A program made the position numbers and the translations under genes. A stretch of 39,097 bases of DNA from a virus. Taxonomy: Duplodnaviria; Caudoviricetes. The notes beneath the pieces were generated by a model. It saw nothing but the letters and a program-made list of their open reading frames with translations. It was not told where the DNA came from and ran no database searches. The stretch covers positions 1 to 39,097 of IMG/VR virus record IMGVR_UViG_3300017772_000040, one strand, 5' to 3'. Of this stretch, positions 1 through 8,089 are shown piece by piece. Positions within the stretch are counted from its first letter, which is position 1; every line of letters begins with the position of its first letter.

Positions 1-2
1 AC

Positions 3-83
3 CCTTCAGAGTTTGCATATAACGATGGAGTGCAAGACTTGCTAATATGTTTTAAAAATAAACTAGAAAATAAAACAAAATGA
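3..83 (+). CDS. 3' end of a hypothetical protein (truncated by window)
   Basis: Open frame PSEFAYNDGVQDLLICFKNKLENKTK*; its TGA overlaps the next ATG (ATGA at 80-83). Confidence 0.45.
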   Translation, partial: PSEFAYNDGVQDLLICFKNKLENKTK

Positions 84-214
84 CAGATTTTATATACCAT
101 GCATTAGGGTTTTGTGGAGAACACTGGCATCCTAATGCAATCAATATAACCGCTATGATAATGATAGCAACACTAATTTTAAAATCAATAAAAAACAATT
201 ATGGAAAAGCTTAA
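80..214 (+). CDS. small hypothetical membrane protein (44 aa, not in ORF track)
   Basis: MTDFIYHALGFCGEHWHPNAINITAMIMIATLILKSIKNNYGKA; A-rich upstream, one hydrophobic segment, overlaps both neighbours. Confidence 0.55.
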   Translation: MTDFIYHALGFCGEHWHPNAINITAMIMIATLILKSIKNNYGKA

Positions 215-440
215 ACTATATTGGACACTTTACTATCCTGTATTTTTATCATTTATATCATTCCTATATTCAGTAGGCTTATGGTTTTCAGGGTATCAAT
301 TAGAAGGCATATTTGTTGGTATTTGGGTACCATCAATTTTAGCCTTAGCAATTTGTATCAGACAAAGAAGAAATGACTACTACAGAGCACTTGCAGCTAG
401 AAAAGCTATGAGAAGAAGAAAATTTAAAAATAAAAAATAA
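201..440 (+). CDS. small membrane protein (two hydrophobic helices, basic tail)
   Basis: Hydrophobic segments including GIFVGIWVPSILALAI; TAATG coupling to the next ORF. Confidence 0.7.
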   Translation: MEKLKLYWTLYYPVFLSFISFLYSVGLWFSGYQLEGIFVGIWVPSILALAICIRQRRNDYYRALAARKAMRRRKFKNKK

Positions 441-724
441 TGAATACGCCAGGAATGTTTATTGTCGGTGCTGTTATTTTTATAGTCTATATTATTGCAT
501 TGCTAAGAGCAGTTTCATGGGGTCACAAATCTCAAAGAAAGGAGATGTTAAATGACCCAGAAATGAGAAACTACTATGCAAGACATGGACAGGGAGACTT
601 AATGGACTATGATGGTATGGGCAACTATGGAAGATTCCCATCAGCCGGTGCGCCTAAGATAAAAAGACCTAAGCCTGTAAAAAAAGCAAAGAAACCGAAA
701 ACAAAAATTAAAGAGACAGTATAA
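440..724 (+). CDS. hypothetical protein with N-terminal TM helix and Lys/Pro-rich tail
   Basis: GMFIVGAVIFIVYIIALL hydrophobic stretch; translationally coupled to the upstream ORF. Confidence 0.65.
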   Translation: MNTPGMFIVGAVIFIVYIIALLRAVSWGHKSQRKEMLNDPEMRNYYARHGQGDLMDYDGMGNYGRFPSAGAPKIKRPKPVKKAKKPKTKIKETV

Positions 725-725
725 C
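699..725 (+). promoter_or_regulatory. AAAC-N17-TAnAA promoter-like motif
   Basis: AAAC 699-702, 17-nt spacer, TATAAC 720-725, 14 nt before ATG 740. Confidence 0.55.
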
Positions 726-739
726 TATTAAAGAATAAT

Positions 740-1018
740 ATGATCGACAAAAGTATCTTAAAAGAAGCAGACGAAATCGTAAATAATAGAAGTGAAGAAA
801 AAGACCGAGCTTACGGTCCTTTTTCAGAAGGTATGGATAGAGCTGCTTCAATCTTTAATGGCATGACAGGTTTAAAGGTAACCGGTAAAGAAATGTTTAT
901 GGCTCTTATAGCTCTTAAATTTTCAAGAGAAAGTTACAATCATAAGCGAGATAATCTGCTCGATGCTGTTGCGTATATCCAGGGCCTAGAAAATTACATC
1001 AATGAGAGCAGTATATAG
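740..1018 (+). CDS. DUF6378-like small helical phage protein
   Basis: Pattern IL.EA..IV...R...YG ... LK.SR......D...D...Y as remembered for this phage family. Confidence 0.6.
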   Translation: MIDKSILKEADEIVNNRSEEKDRAYGPFSEGMDRAASIFNGMTGLKVTGKEMFMALIALKFSRESYNHKRDNLLDAVAYIQGLENYINESSI

Positions 1019-1355
1019 AAATAGATACGGTGATTTAATTCAATTCGAGAGAATTGATGCAGATCGAATTAGAGTGACAGGCGGAAAGTTTTGTCGAGTT
1101 AGTTTTCAAGAAGACCCAGATATTTTATCCATGATCGACCCTTCAGGAGGACCAATGATAGTTGCTAAAAATTATTCAGGATTAAATGCAACTGATTTAG
1201 GGGAATTCTCAGAATGCTGGACAGGTTTAAAGGCAGAGTATATTTTAAAGGCAGCAAGCACTACTGAAGAAACTGGCGCCTATGACCTTATTATTCATCA
1301 CACAAACGAAAAATGCGACATAGAACAGCATGAAGATTGTGAAAATTTAGCATAA
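1002..1355 (+). CDS. hypothetical phage protein (NRYGD...DPSGGP motifs)
   Basis: 117-aa ORF in operon context. Confidence 0.65.
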   Translation: MRAVYRNRYGDLIQFERIDADRIRVTGGKFCRVSFQEDPDILSMIDPSGGPMIVAKNYSGLNATDLGEFSECWTGLKAEYILKAASTTEETGAYDLIIHHTNEKCDIEQHEDCENLA

Positions 1356-1673
1356 ATGAAATTAAAAGTTACTGACCCTACTAGAACTATTTGGCTACAA
1401 GAAACTAAACAAATAGTCGTAGAATTAGAAGATAAAAGAGTTTTAGGAATTAGAGTCATGGAAGATGATAACGGTTCCGAACAGTATTTTGCTTTAAAGC
1501 AGCCCGGTGAAGAAATCTATAAAAGAGACGAAGCATGGACATCTGACCGTGAAATGGAATGGGAAAGTGAAGAACTTGCAAAGGCTGTAGATAAGTTTGC
1601 GGCAACCTTATTCTTTGGAGATTCAGAAAAAGATGAGATAATAGACACAGACGAGTTAGAAGACGTTTGGTAA
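1356..1673 (+). CDS. hypothetical acidic protein
   Basis: 105-aa ORF abutting the previous stop. Confidence 0.65.
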   Translation: MKLKVTDPTRTIWLQETKQIVVELEDKRVLGIRVMEDDNGSEQYFALKQPGEEIYKRDEAWTSDREMEWESEELAKAVDKFAATLFFGDSEKDEIIDTDELEDVW

Positions 1674-1688
1674 ACAATTAAATTAAAT

Positions 1689-2912
1689 ATGAAAATAGCA
1701 TTAGTATTAGCAAAAGGAGTTGAAGGCTGTGGACTCACAAGACACACAATCGAATTTTACAACTGGCTTATTAAAGAAGGCCATGATGCAACCATCTATG
1801 CCGCTATCGAAAAAAGATGGCCTCGCCATAAGATGACAGACATTGTTGCAACAGAATTCAAAAGAAAAGATATTCCAAATATCGCAAAGAAATTAGAACA
1901 AAATGACATAGTCTATTATACATCATACCCACATAAGTCAGTAGGTGATGAATTCAACGAAGACTTTATTGAACATTGTATTTACGGTCTTGAAAATCCT
2001 GTTAAAATAGGAAACTGTTTAGACCATAACACGGCTAACCTTGCTAAGAACTATAAGTATTGGGAAGTTATGAAAGCGATGGACGCTATGTTTAATTATT
2101 CTGCACGCTCTAATTTTGCAAATAAGCTAAGAGAACATGCCCCTGATACTCCATTAATTGAAATGAACCTTAATCCTTATGACTATGATGCATGGTCTAA
2201 TACAGTAGTTCCGGTCGAAGACCAAGAAAAGAGAGTTACTTATTTTGGTAGGTTTGCAGGATTTAAAGACCCTTTCAGAATGTTTACTATTATGAATCTT
2301 CTAAAGGGAAATAATTTTGTAACAGAAGCAAGAGGAATTGAACGCTCTATGGGTGCTCTTCCAATGTTTTTACAAGAAGATAGAAAAACTTTAAGAGAAG
2401 ATATATTTGAAGTACATGCTGTCAAGAATCCTGTAACATATCCACAAGTTGATGATAGGCTCTATATTTATGGACCTTACAATCTTGCTGAAGGAATGGG
2501 AGAACTTGGAAAATCAATGTTTGGAGCCGAGTTCTTTAATCTTCCTGAAAGATTATATGGTTCAATGATTGAATATGCAATGTGTGAGGTAATAGCAGCT
2601 GGAACTATTCCATTGTTTGATAAACACTGGGGTGAACACGTCATCCACAGGACAGAAGGAGTTCCCTTTATAGAACTAAAAGATTTCGCGATATTTGTTG
2701 ATAGGGATAACGTAGAGGCTTCTATACCACAGATTATGGAGCTTGCAACAAATCATGAAAGAAGAGATGAATTTAGAAAAAATTCTCTCCGTCTCGCTAA
2801 ATTACACAATGCACCTGAAGTGGTTAACACGGATTTATTTGAAGCTATGATTAAAGTTGAAAAAAGAAAAGTAGAAAAACCAGTAGAATTAAAAACAGAT
2901 TCATTATTTTAA
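1689..2912 (+). CDS. agt: DNA alpha-glucosyltransferase (T4 Agt homologue, GT-B fold)
   Basis: N-terminus MKIALVLAKGVEGCGLTR..EFYNWLIKEGH parallels T4 Agt MRICIFMARGLEGCGVTK..RDWFIKNGH; also DH, GRF..FK, GIERS and EY..CE..AAGTIPLF motifs; similar length. Confidence 0.85.
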   Translation: MKIALVLAKGVEGCGLTRHTIEFYNWLIKEGHDATIYAAIEKRWPRHKMTDIVATEFKRKDIPNIAKKLEQNDIVYYTSYPHKSVGDEFNEDFIEHCIYGLENPVKIGNCLDHNTANLAKNYKYWEVMKAMDAMFNYSARSNFANKLREHAPDTPLIEMNLNPYDYDAWSNTVVPVEDQEKRVTYFGRFAGFKDPFRMFTIMNLLKGNNFVTEARGIERSMGALPMFLQEDRKTLREDIFEVHAVKNPVTYPQVDDRLYIYGPYNLAEGMGELGKSMFGAEFFNLPERLYGSMIEYAMCEVIAAGTIPLFDKHWGEHVIHRTEGVPFIELKDFAIFVDRDNVEASIPQIMELATNHERRDEFRKNSLRLAKLHNAPEVVNTDLFEAMIKVEKRKVEKPVELKTDSLF

Positions 2913-2935
2913 GTAAAATAATAAACGATTTAAAA

Positions 2936-3400
2936 ATGGCAAATTCAGATAACAAATGCTCAGACTTAGAAGTCAATGATTTCTATGAAGAAGGAAACGA
3001 CACACTCGGCCTAGTTTACAATAAACAGATTGAGTTACAAAAAAGACTTGGTTTTGATTTTAAAGATTGGAACTTAAAAGATATCGCTGATTTTTGGTGT
3101 GTTAACAAACATGCAATGTCAGATGAACTTAACGAAATGTTCGATGCATTAGGTGGAATTAATGATGGCATCGGCTCAGGCGCTTGGAAGTATTGGAAAA
3201 CCACTAATGAAAAAGCAAAAGACATGAAAATATCCGACTTAAGCGAAGAAGATAGGCTTGAGTTATTTTATGAGTGGATTGACGGTTTACATTTTTATAT
3301 GAACTTTGCCATCTCAATCGGCATGACAGCTAAAGACATTGTTAACTTGTACATGGCGAAGAATGCAGAAAACCATGACCGTCAAAACCGAGGATATTAA
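2936..3400 (+). CDS. 56: dCTP/dUTP pyrophosphatase (T4 gp56 homologue)
   Basis: AWKYWK, EEDRLELFYEWIDGLHF and C-terminal KNAENHDRQNRGY match the gp56 pattern. Confidence 0.85.
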   Translation: MANSDNKCSDLEVNDFYEEGNDTLGLVYNKQIELQKRLGFDFKDWNLKDIADFWCVNKHAMSDELNEMFDALGGINDGIGSGAWKYWKTTNEKAKDMKISDLSEEDRLELFYEWIDGLHFYMNFAISIGMTAKDIVNLYMAKNAENHDRQNRGY

Positions 3401-4806
3401 TGATATTAGATATTGAACAAAAGGAAAAAGAAATATTTATTTCTTACTACAATACTGAAGGTGAGGTTGCCTTTAAAAGATACCCAATAAATCAATTTAA
3501 AAACTGGTACGTTTGTGACCCTAAAGATAGAGGAAAGAATACCGAATACACAAACTGGGATGGACGCTCGGTTAAGTTAGGTAATGCCAGAAGATTCAAT
3601 AAATTTTCTTTAATATACTTTTTAGATAATCTACCAGAAAAAGATAAAGAAGAAATCTTTGCATATAATATGCCCAAGACATACTTCGTAGATATTGAAA
3701 CAGAGATTGTAGATGGATTTCCTAAAGCAGAAGAAGCTAAATCCAGAATTTTAACATTCTCTATTATTACACCTGACAAGAAAGCAATTGTTCTTGGTTT
3801 AGAAGACCTCTCGCCTAAGCAAATTGAAAAGATTGAGAACGATACTAATGGATATTTTAAGAATTTTGACGATGAATGGGAATTCAAATATCATAAGTTC
3901 AATTCAGAATATGATATGGTATATACGTTCTTAATGAAATTCCTACCTAAGTTTCCTATGATGACAGGGTGGAACTTTATTAACTATGACTGGCAATATA
4001 TTGTTAATAGGTGTAAAAGATTACAGATAGATGTTTCAGAAGCTAGTATGACCCAGGAAGTTGATAGAAATGATTCCCGACCTCTTCATATTGGAATTAT
4101 AGATTACATGCAACTTTATGATAAGTATGACAGGTCAGTAAAGGTAAAAGAATCTAACGCCCTAGACTATGTGGCAGGTCAAGTTCTAAACACACAAAAA
4201 ATTAAATATCAAGGTTCTCTTCAAGATTTGTATGAAGATAACTTTACTAAATATGTTTACTATAATGTAGTTGACTCCGTTTTAGTATATTATATTGACC
4301 AAAAGTTAAAGTCAATGGAAGTACTTTTAACCCTGGCTAATATTACAAAAATGCCTCTATATAAAGCATCGTCACCGGTGGCTGTAACAGAAGCGTTAAT
4401 CGCTCGTAAACTCTCTGAGCAAAATAAAAGAATTGGCTCTGAACAAAGAGAAGAAGGAAAGAAGGATGGACAGTATGCCGGCGCTTTTGTAAAAGAACCT
4501 AATACAGGTTTCTATGAAGGTGTCAGTGCATTTGACTTTGCTTCTCTATATCCTTCTATCATGAGACAATTTAATATATCTCCGGATTCTTTTATAGAAA
4601 TGGTTCCGAAGGATAAAATAAAAGAGAAAAGAGAAAACCCTGATATTATCATCTGCGAGAACGGAGCTTCTTACAGAAAGGAAGATTCTATGTTAAAAAA
4701 GATTCTTTCAGACCTATATTCTCAGAGAAAAGAATATAAGTCAATGTCATACGACTATTTTACAAAAGCCAATAATCTTAGAAAAAAGATTAAGTTAATA
4801 AAATAG
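3400..4806 (+). CDS. 43: family B DNA polymerase, N-terminal subunit (exonuclease, motif A, first fingers helix)
   Basis: ExoI FVDIET, ExoII GWNFINYD, ExoIII YNVVD, motif A FDFASLYPSIM; ends before motif B. Confidence 0.9.
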   Translation: MILDIEQKEKEIFISYYNTEGEVAFKRYPINQFKNWYVCDPKDRGKNTEYTNWDGRSVKLGNARRFNKFSLIYFLDNLPEKDKEEIFAYNMPKTYFVDIETEIVDGFPKAEEAKSRILTFSIITPDKKAIVLGLEDLSPKQIEKIENDTNGYFKNFDDEWEFKYHKFNSEYDMVYTFLMKFLPKFPMMTGWNFINYDWQYIVNRCKRLQIDVSEASMTQEVDRNDSRPLHIGIIDYMQLYDKYDRSVKVKESNALDYVAGQVLNTQKIKYQGSLQDLYEDNFTKYVYYNVVDSVLVYYIDQKLKSMEVLLTLANITKMPLYKASSPVAVTEALIARKLSEQNKRIGSEQREEGKKDGQYAGAFVKEPNTGFYEGVSAFDFASLYPSIMRQFNISPDSFIEMVPKDKIKEKRENPDIIICENGASYRKEDSMLKKILSDLYSQRKEYKSMSYDYFTKANNLRKKIKLIK

Positions 4807-4838
4807 TTGTCGGTGTGACAATAGCCCGCTAGTGTTTA

Positions 4839-4846
4839 AATATATA
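4839..4846 (+). promoter_or_regulatory. late-promoter-like octamer upstream of nrdB
   Basis: AATATATA, same motif as upstream of virion genes; lies within imperfect hairpin 4832-4861. Confidence 0.4.
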
Positions 4847-4862
4847 GGCTATATCAAACACC

Positions 4863-4887
4863 AAGGCCTACCTTTGTAAGGCCTTTT
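4863..4887 (+). terminator. intrinsic terminator-like hairpin
   Basis: AAGGCCT(4863-69)/AGGCCTT(4879-85) stem ending in a short T run. Confidence 0.5.
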
Positions 4888-4913
4888 GTAGTCTAATAAA
4901 GAAAGTAAAAAAA

Positions 4914-5984
4914 ATGGAAAAAATGGAAAACGCAAATTTAGGAACCTCACATGTTTCAACCTCGACAGATAAACAAAAAACACCTTCAATATTTAAAGAG
5001 AGAGTAGAATTCAAACCCTTTGAATATCCAATCTATTATACAGAAGGCTGGTTAAAACAAGCCCAAGCATTTTGGTTACATACTGAAATTTCAATGCAAG
5101 GCGATGTCAAAGATTGGAATGAAAATATGACCGAAGCAGAAAAAAATCTGGTAGGTAACATTCTTTTGGGGTTTGCACAAACTGAATGTGCAGTTTCCGA
5201 CTATTGGACAGGTATGGTTACTCATTGGTTTCCAAAACATGAAATTAAACAAATGGCTATGATGTTCGGTTCACAAGAGACTATTCATGCAACAGCATAC
5301 TCATATTTAAATGAAACGCTAGGATTGGAAGATTTCGCTGCGTTTTTACATGAACCTTCTATTGCTGACAAATTTGAATTTTTATTAGAAACACAGGCAG
5401 ATTATACACATGAAGATTTACTGTACAACAATGATGCAAGAAAAGACGTTGCAAGGTCTTTAGCTATTTTTAGTGCCTTTGCTGAAGGCGTTTCACTCTA
5501 TAGTTCCTTTGCCGTTTTATATTCTTTTCAAATGAGAAATCTTTTAAAGGGGATTGGACAGCAGATGAAATGGTCTGTAAGAGATGAGTCTTTGCATTCA
5601 AAAATGGGATGTCAATTATTTAGACACATGTGCGAAGAGTATCCTGACCTTAAATCATCCGTTCAATCTCAAATTGAAGAAGCTGCAAGAATTATGGTAG
5701 AAATGGAGTTAAACTTCATTGATAAGATGTTTGAGATGGGAGACCTAGAAAATTTAAAGAAAGAAGACCTTAAAGAATTTATTAAGAAAAGAGCAAATGA
5801 AAAACTTAATGAATTAGGCTATGAAAGTGTTATCGAATATGATGAAGAATCTGCCGGAGCATTAGATTGGTTTTATCACCTTACAGGTGGACATACACAT
5901 ACAGATTTTTTCGCTATTAGACCTACAGATTATTCGAAGGCAGGTGAAAACGAAAACTGGGATGAAGACGATTTATTTTCGTAA
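4914..5984 (+). CDS. nrdB: class I ribonucleotide reductase beta subunit
   Basis: KPFEYP, FW..EI...D..DW, QTECAV, ETIHATAY, EGVSLYSSF, RDESLH, HTDFF. Confidence 0.95.
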   Translation: MEKMENANLGTSHVSTSTDKQKTPSIFKERVEFKPFEYPIYYTEGWLKQAQAFWLHTEISMQGDVKDWNENMTEAEKNLVGNILLGFAQTECAVSDYWTGMVTHWFPKHEIKQMAMMFGSQETIHATAYSYLNETLGLEDFAAFLHEPSIADKFEFLLETQADYTHEDLLYNNDARKDVARSLAIFSAFAEGVSLYSSFAVLYSFQMRNLLKGIGQQMKWSVRDESLHSKMGCQLFRHMCEEYPDLKSSVQSQIEEAARIMVEMELNFIDKMFEMGDLENLKKEDLKEFIKKRANEKLNELGYESVIEYDEESAGALDWFYHLTGGHTHTDFFAIRPTDYSKAGENENWDEDDLFS

Positions 5985-6009
5985 ACAGTTTTAATAATTT
6001 TTATATAAA
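5983..6009 (+). promoter_or_regulatory. AAAC-N17-TAnAA promoter-like motif
   Basis: AAAC 5983-86, 17 nt, TATAAA 6004-09, upstream of nrdA. Confidence 0.55.
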
Positions 6010-6025
6010 TCTTAAATAATACTAA

Positions 6026-7834
6026 ATGACAAAAAAGGATGCAACAAACCATGCAAGCCATCTAGGATGGGAGCTTGGAGTAGATTTCCCAATGTGGGCA
6101 AATACAGAAGTATATGTAAAAACAGTATCAAAGGGATATTTACTCGTAGGTGAAACTCCTAAGGATGCATATTGGAGAGTTTCTACTGCAGTTGCAAAAA
6201 GGCTAGATAAGCCCGAGTTAGCTAGTAAGTTTTTTGATTATATGTGGAAGGGATGGTTAAACTTAGCTACTCCCGTTTTTTCTAATACGGGAACAGAAAG
6301 AGGCCTTCCTATTTCGTGCTTCGGGATTGATGTTGCAGATTCTATCCATGACATAGGTACTAAAAATTTAGAGCTGATGTTGTTGGCTAAGCATGGAGGT
6401 GGAGTTGGTATTGGTGTAAATCAAATTAGACAAGCTGGTTCTAACATTTCACAAAACGGTACTTCAGACGGTACTGTTCCTTTCTGTAAAATATATGATT
6501 CTTCTATTTTAGCTACTAATCAAGGTTCAGTCAGACGAGGTGCAGCATCAGTTAATATAGATATTGAACATGATGATTTTTGGACATGGTTAGAAATTAG
6601 AGAACCTAAAGGAGATATAAACAGACAATGTTTAAATTTACATCAATGTGTGGTTGTTTCTGACGGTTATATGCAAAGAATAGAAGCAGGAGATAAGGAA
6701 GCTAGAAAGAGATGGTCAGCTTTACTTAGAAAAAGAAAGGCAACCGGAGAACCTTATGTAATGTATAAGGGTAATATCAATAGAGCTAATCCAGATGCAT
6801 ATAAACAAAATGGATTAAAGGTTTATATGACAAACATCTGTTCAGAGATTACACTACACACTGACGAGAACCATTCATTCGTATGTTGCCTATCATCTGT
6901 GAATCTTAGAAGATATGATGAATGGAAAAATACAGACTTAGTTTATACGGCAACTTGGTTTTTAGATGGAGTTCTTCAGGAATTTATTCAAAAAGCTAAA
7001 TATATGAGAGGCTTTGAAAACTCAGTAAGATCGGCCGAAAAAGGAAGAGCTTTAGGTTTAGGTGTTTTAGGTTGGCATACTTATTTACAAGATAGAAACA
7101 TTCCATTTGATTCTTTATCTGCTCAATTCGAAACAAGAAAGATTTTTCAACAATTAAGAACAGAAACCGAAAAGGCAAGTAGAGACTTAGCAGTGGAATA
7201 TGGAGAGCCACTATGGTGCGTCGGTACAGGTATGAGAAACACTCACCTTAGGGCTATTGCACCTACTGTATCTAATTCCAAATTAGCAGGAAACGTTTCA
7301 CCAGGGATTGAACCATGGGCTGCTAATGTATTCACCGAACAAACAGCTAAAGGAACGTTCATTAGAAAAAACACAGTTCTAGAACATGTTTTAGATTCTA
7401 TCGGTAAAAATAATAAATCAACATGGGATAAAATATTAGCCGATGGAGGTTCAGTTCAAGGATTAGAATTTTTAGATGAGTACTGGGTGGAAGAAGGAAG
7501 CAAAGAAAAGGCTATTAAGAACAAAGCCTATGAAAAGTTAAATTCACTTGAGAAAGATAAGTATATTCCTTTAAAAGAAGTGTTCAGAACATTTAAAGAA
7601 ATTAATCAAATGGAACTTGTTAAGCAAGCAGGTATTAGACAACAATATATCGACCAAGGTGTTAGTTTAAATCTAGCTTTTCCAAATCAAGCACAGCCTA
7701 AGTATATAAATCAAGTTCATTTAGAGGCTTTTAAACAAGGAATCAAAACTCTCTATTACATGAGAACTGAATCTGTTTTAAGAGGAGATATTGCTCAACA
7801 TGCAATGGAAGATTGCATAGCATGTGACGGATAA
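6026..7834 (+). CDS. nrdA: class I ribonucleotide reductase alpha subunit (compact, no ATP cone)
   Basis: ATPV..N, ISCF, GGGVG, QGSVRRG, NICSE, CCLSS, APTVS, TLYY, C-terminal CIACDG. Confidence 0.95.
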   Translation: MTKKDATNHASHLGWELGVDFPMWANTEVYVKTVSKGYLLVGETPKDAYWRVSTAVAKRLDKPELASKFFDYMWKGWLNLATPVFSNTGTERGLPISCFGIDVADSIHDIGTKNLELMLLAKHGGGVGIGVNQIRQAGSNISQNGTSDGTVPFCKIYDSSILATNQGSVRRGAASVNIDIEHDDFWTWLEIREPKGDINRQCLNLHQCVVVSDGYMQRIEAGDKEARKRWSALLRKRKATGEPYVMYKGNINRANPDAYKQNGLKVYMTNICSEITLHTDENHSFVCCLSSVNLRRYDEWKNTDLVYTATWFLDGVLQEFIQKAKYMRGFENSVRSAEKGRALGLGVLGWHTYLQDRNIPFDSLSAQFETRKIFQQLRTETEKASRDLAVEYGEPLWCVGTGMRNTHLRAIAPTVSNSKLAGNVSPGIEPWAANVFTEQTAKGTFIRKNTVLEHVLDSIGKNNKSTWDKILADGGSVQGLEFLDEYWVEEGSKEKAIKNKAYEKLNSLEKDKYIPLKEVFRTFKEINQMELVKQAGIRQQYIDQGVSLNLAFPNQAQPKYINQVHLEAFKQGIKTLYYMRTESVLRGDIAQHAMEDCIACDG

Positions 7835-7838
7835 AGGT

Positions 7839-7915
7839 GTGGTTTGAAGACCACGTCTTAGGACCGAGATAGTTCTCGGATATTAGAGGCCAGAAGTTCG
7901 CTACTTTCTGGCCTC
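7839..7915 (+). ncRNA. candidate structured RNA element (three hairpins), family unassigned
   Basis: GTGGTT/GACCAC, CCGAGA/TCTCGG and GAGGCCAGAA/TTCTGGCCTC stems; GC-rich island in AT-rich DNA; strand not established. Confidence 0.45.
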
Positions 7916-7941
7916 GCTCTTAATAAAAAAACATAAAAGAT

Positions 7942-8022
7942 ATGTTATATTTAAAACTAATAGCTATAGCAGTTACTTTCTGGTTTATTATGAACAGATG
8001 GTTTAAATGGCTGGACAGATAG
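7942..8022 (+). CDS. 26-aa hydrophobic microprotein (not in ORF track)
   Basis: MLYLKLIAIAVTFWFIMNRWFKWLDR; A-rich upstream region like other starts in the window. Confidence 0.4.
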   Translation: MLYLKLIAIAVTFWFIMNRWFKWLDR

Positions 8023-8034
8023 AATAATTCTCTG

Positions 8035-8061
8035 AAACAAAACCACATTTTTCAATAGAAT
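8035..8061 (+). promoter_or_regulatory. AAAC-N17-TAnAA promoter-like motif
   Basis: AAAC 8035-38, 17 nt, TAGAAT 8056-61. Confidence 0.55.
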
Positions 8062-8089
8062 TATTAAATATCATAAACAATTAAAGCAA

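Noticed and set aside
4804-4818. TAG recoding (alternative genetic code) extending the polymerase
   Set aside because: Read-through meets TGA four codons later, and genes are otherwise full length in code 11
7839-7915. tRNA or simple terminator
   Set aside because: No acceptor stem or T-arm in cloverleaf arrangement; three stems and no U-tract
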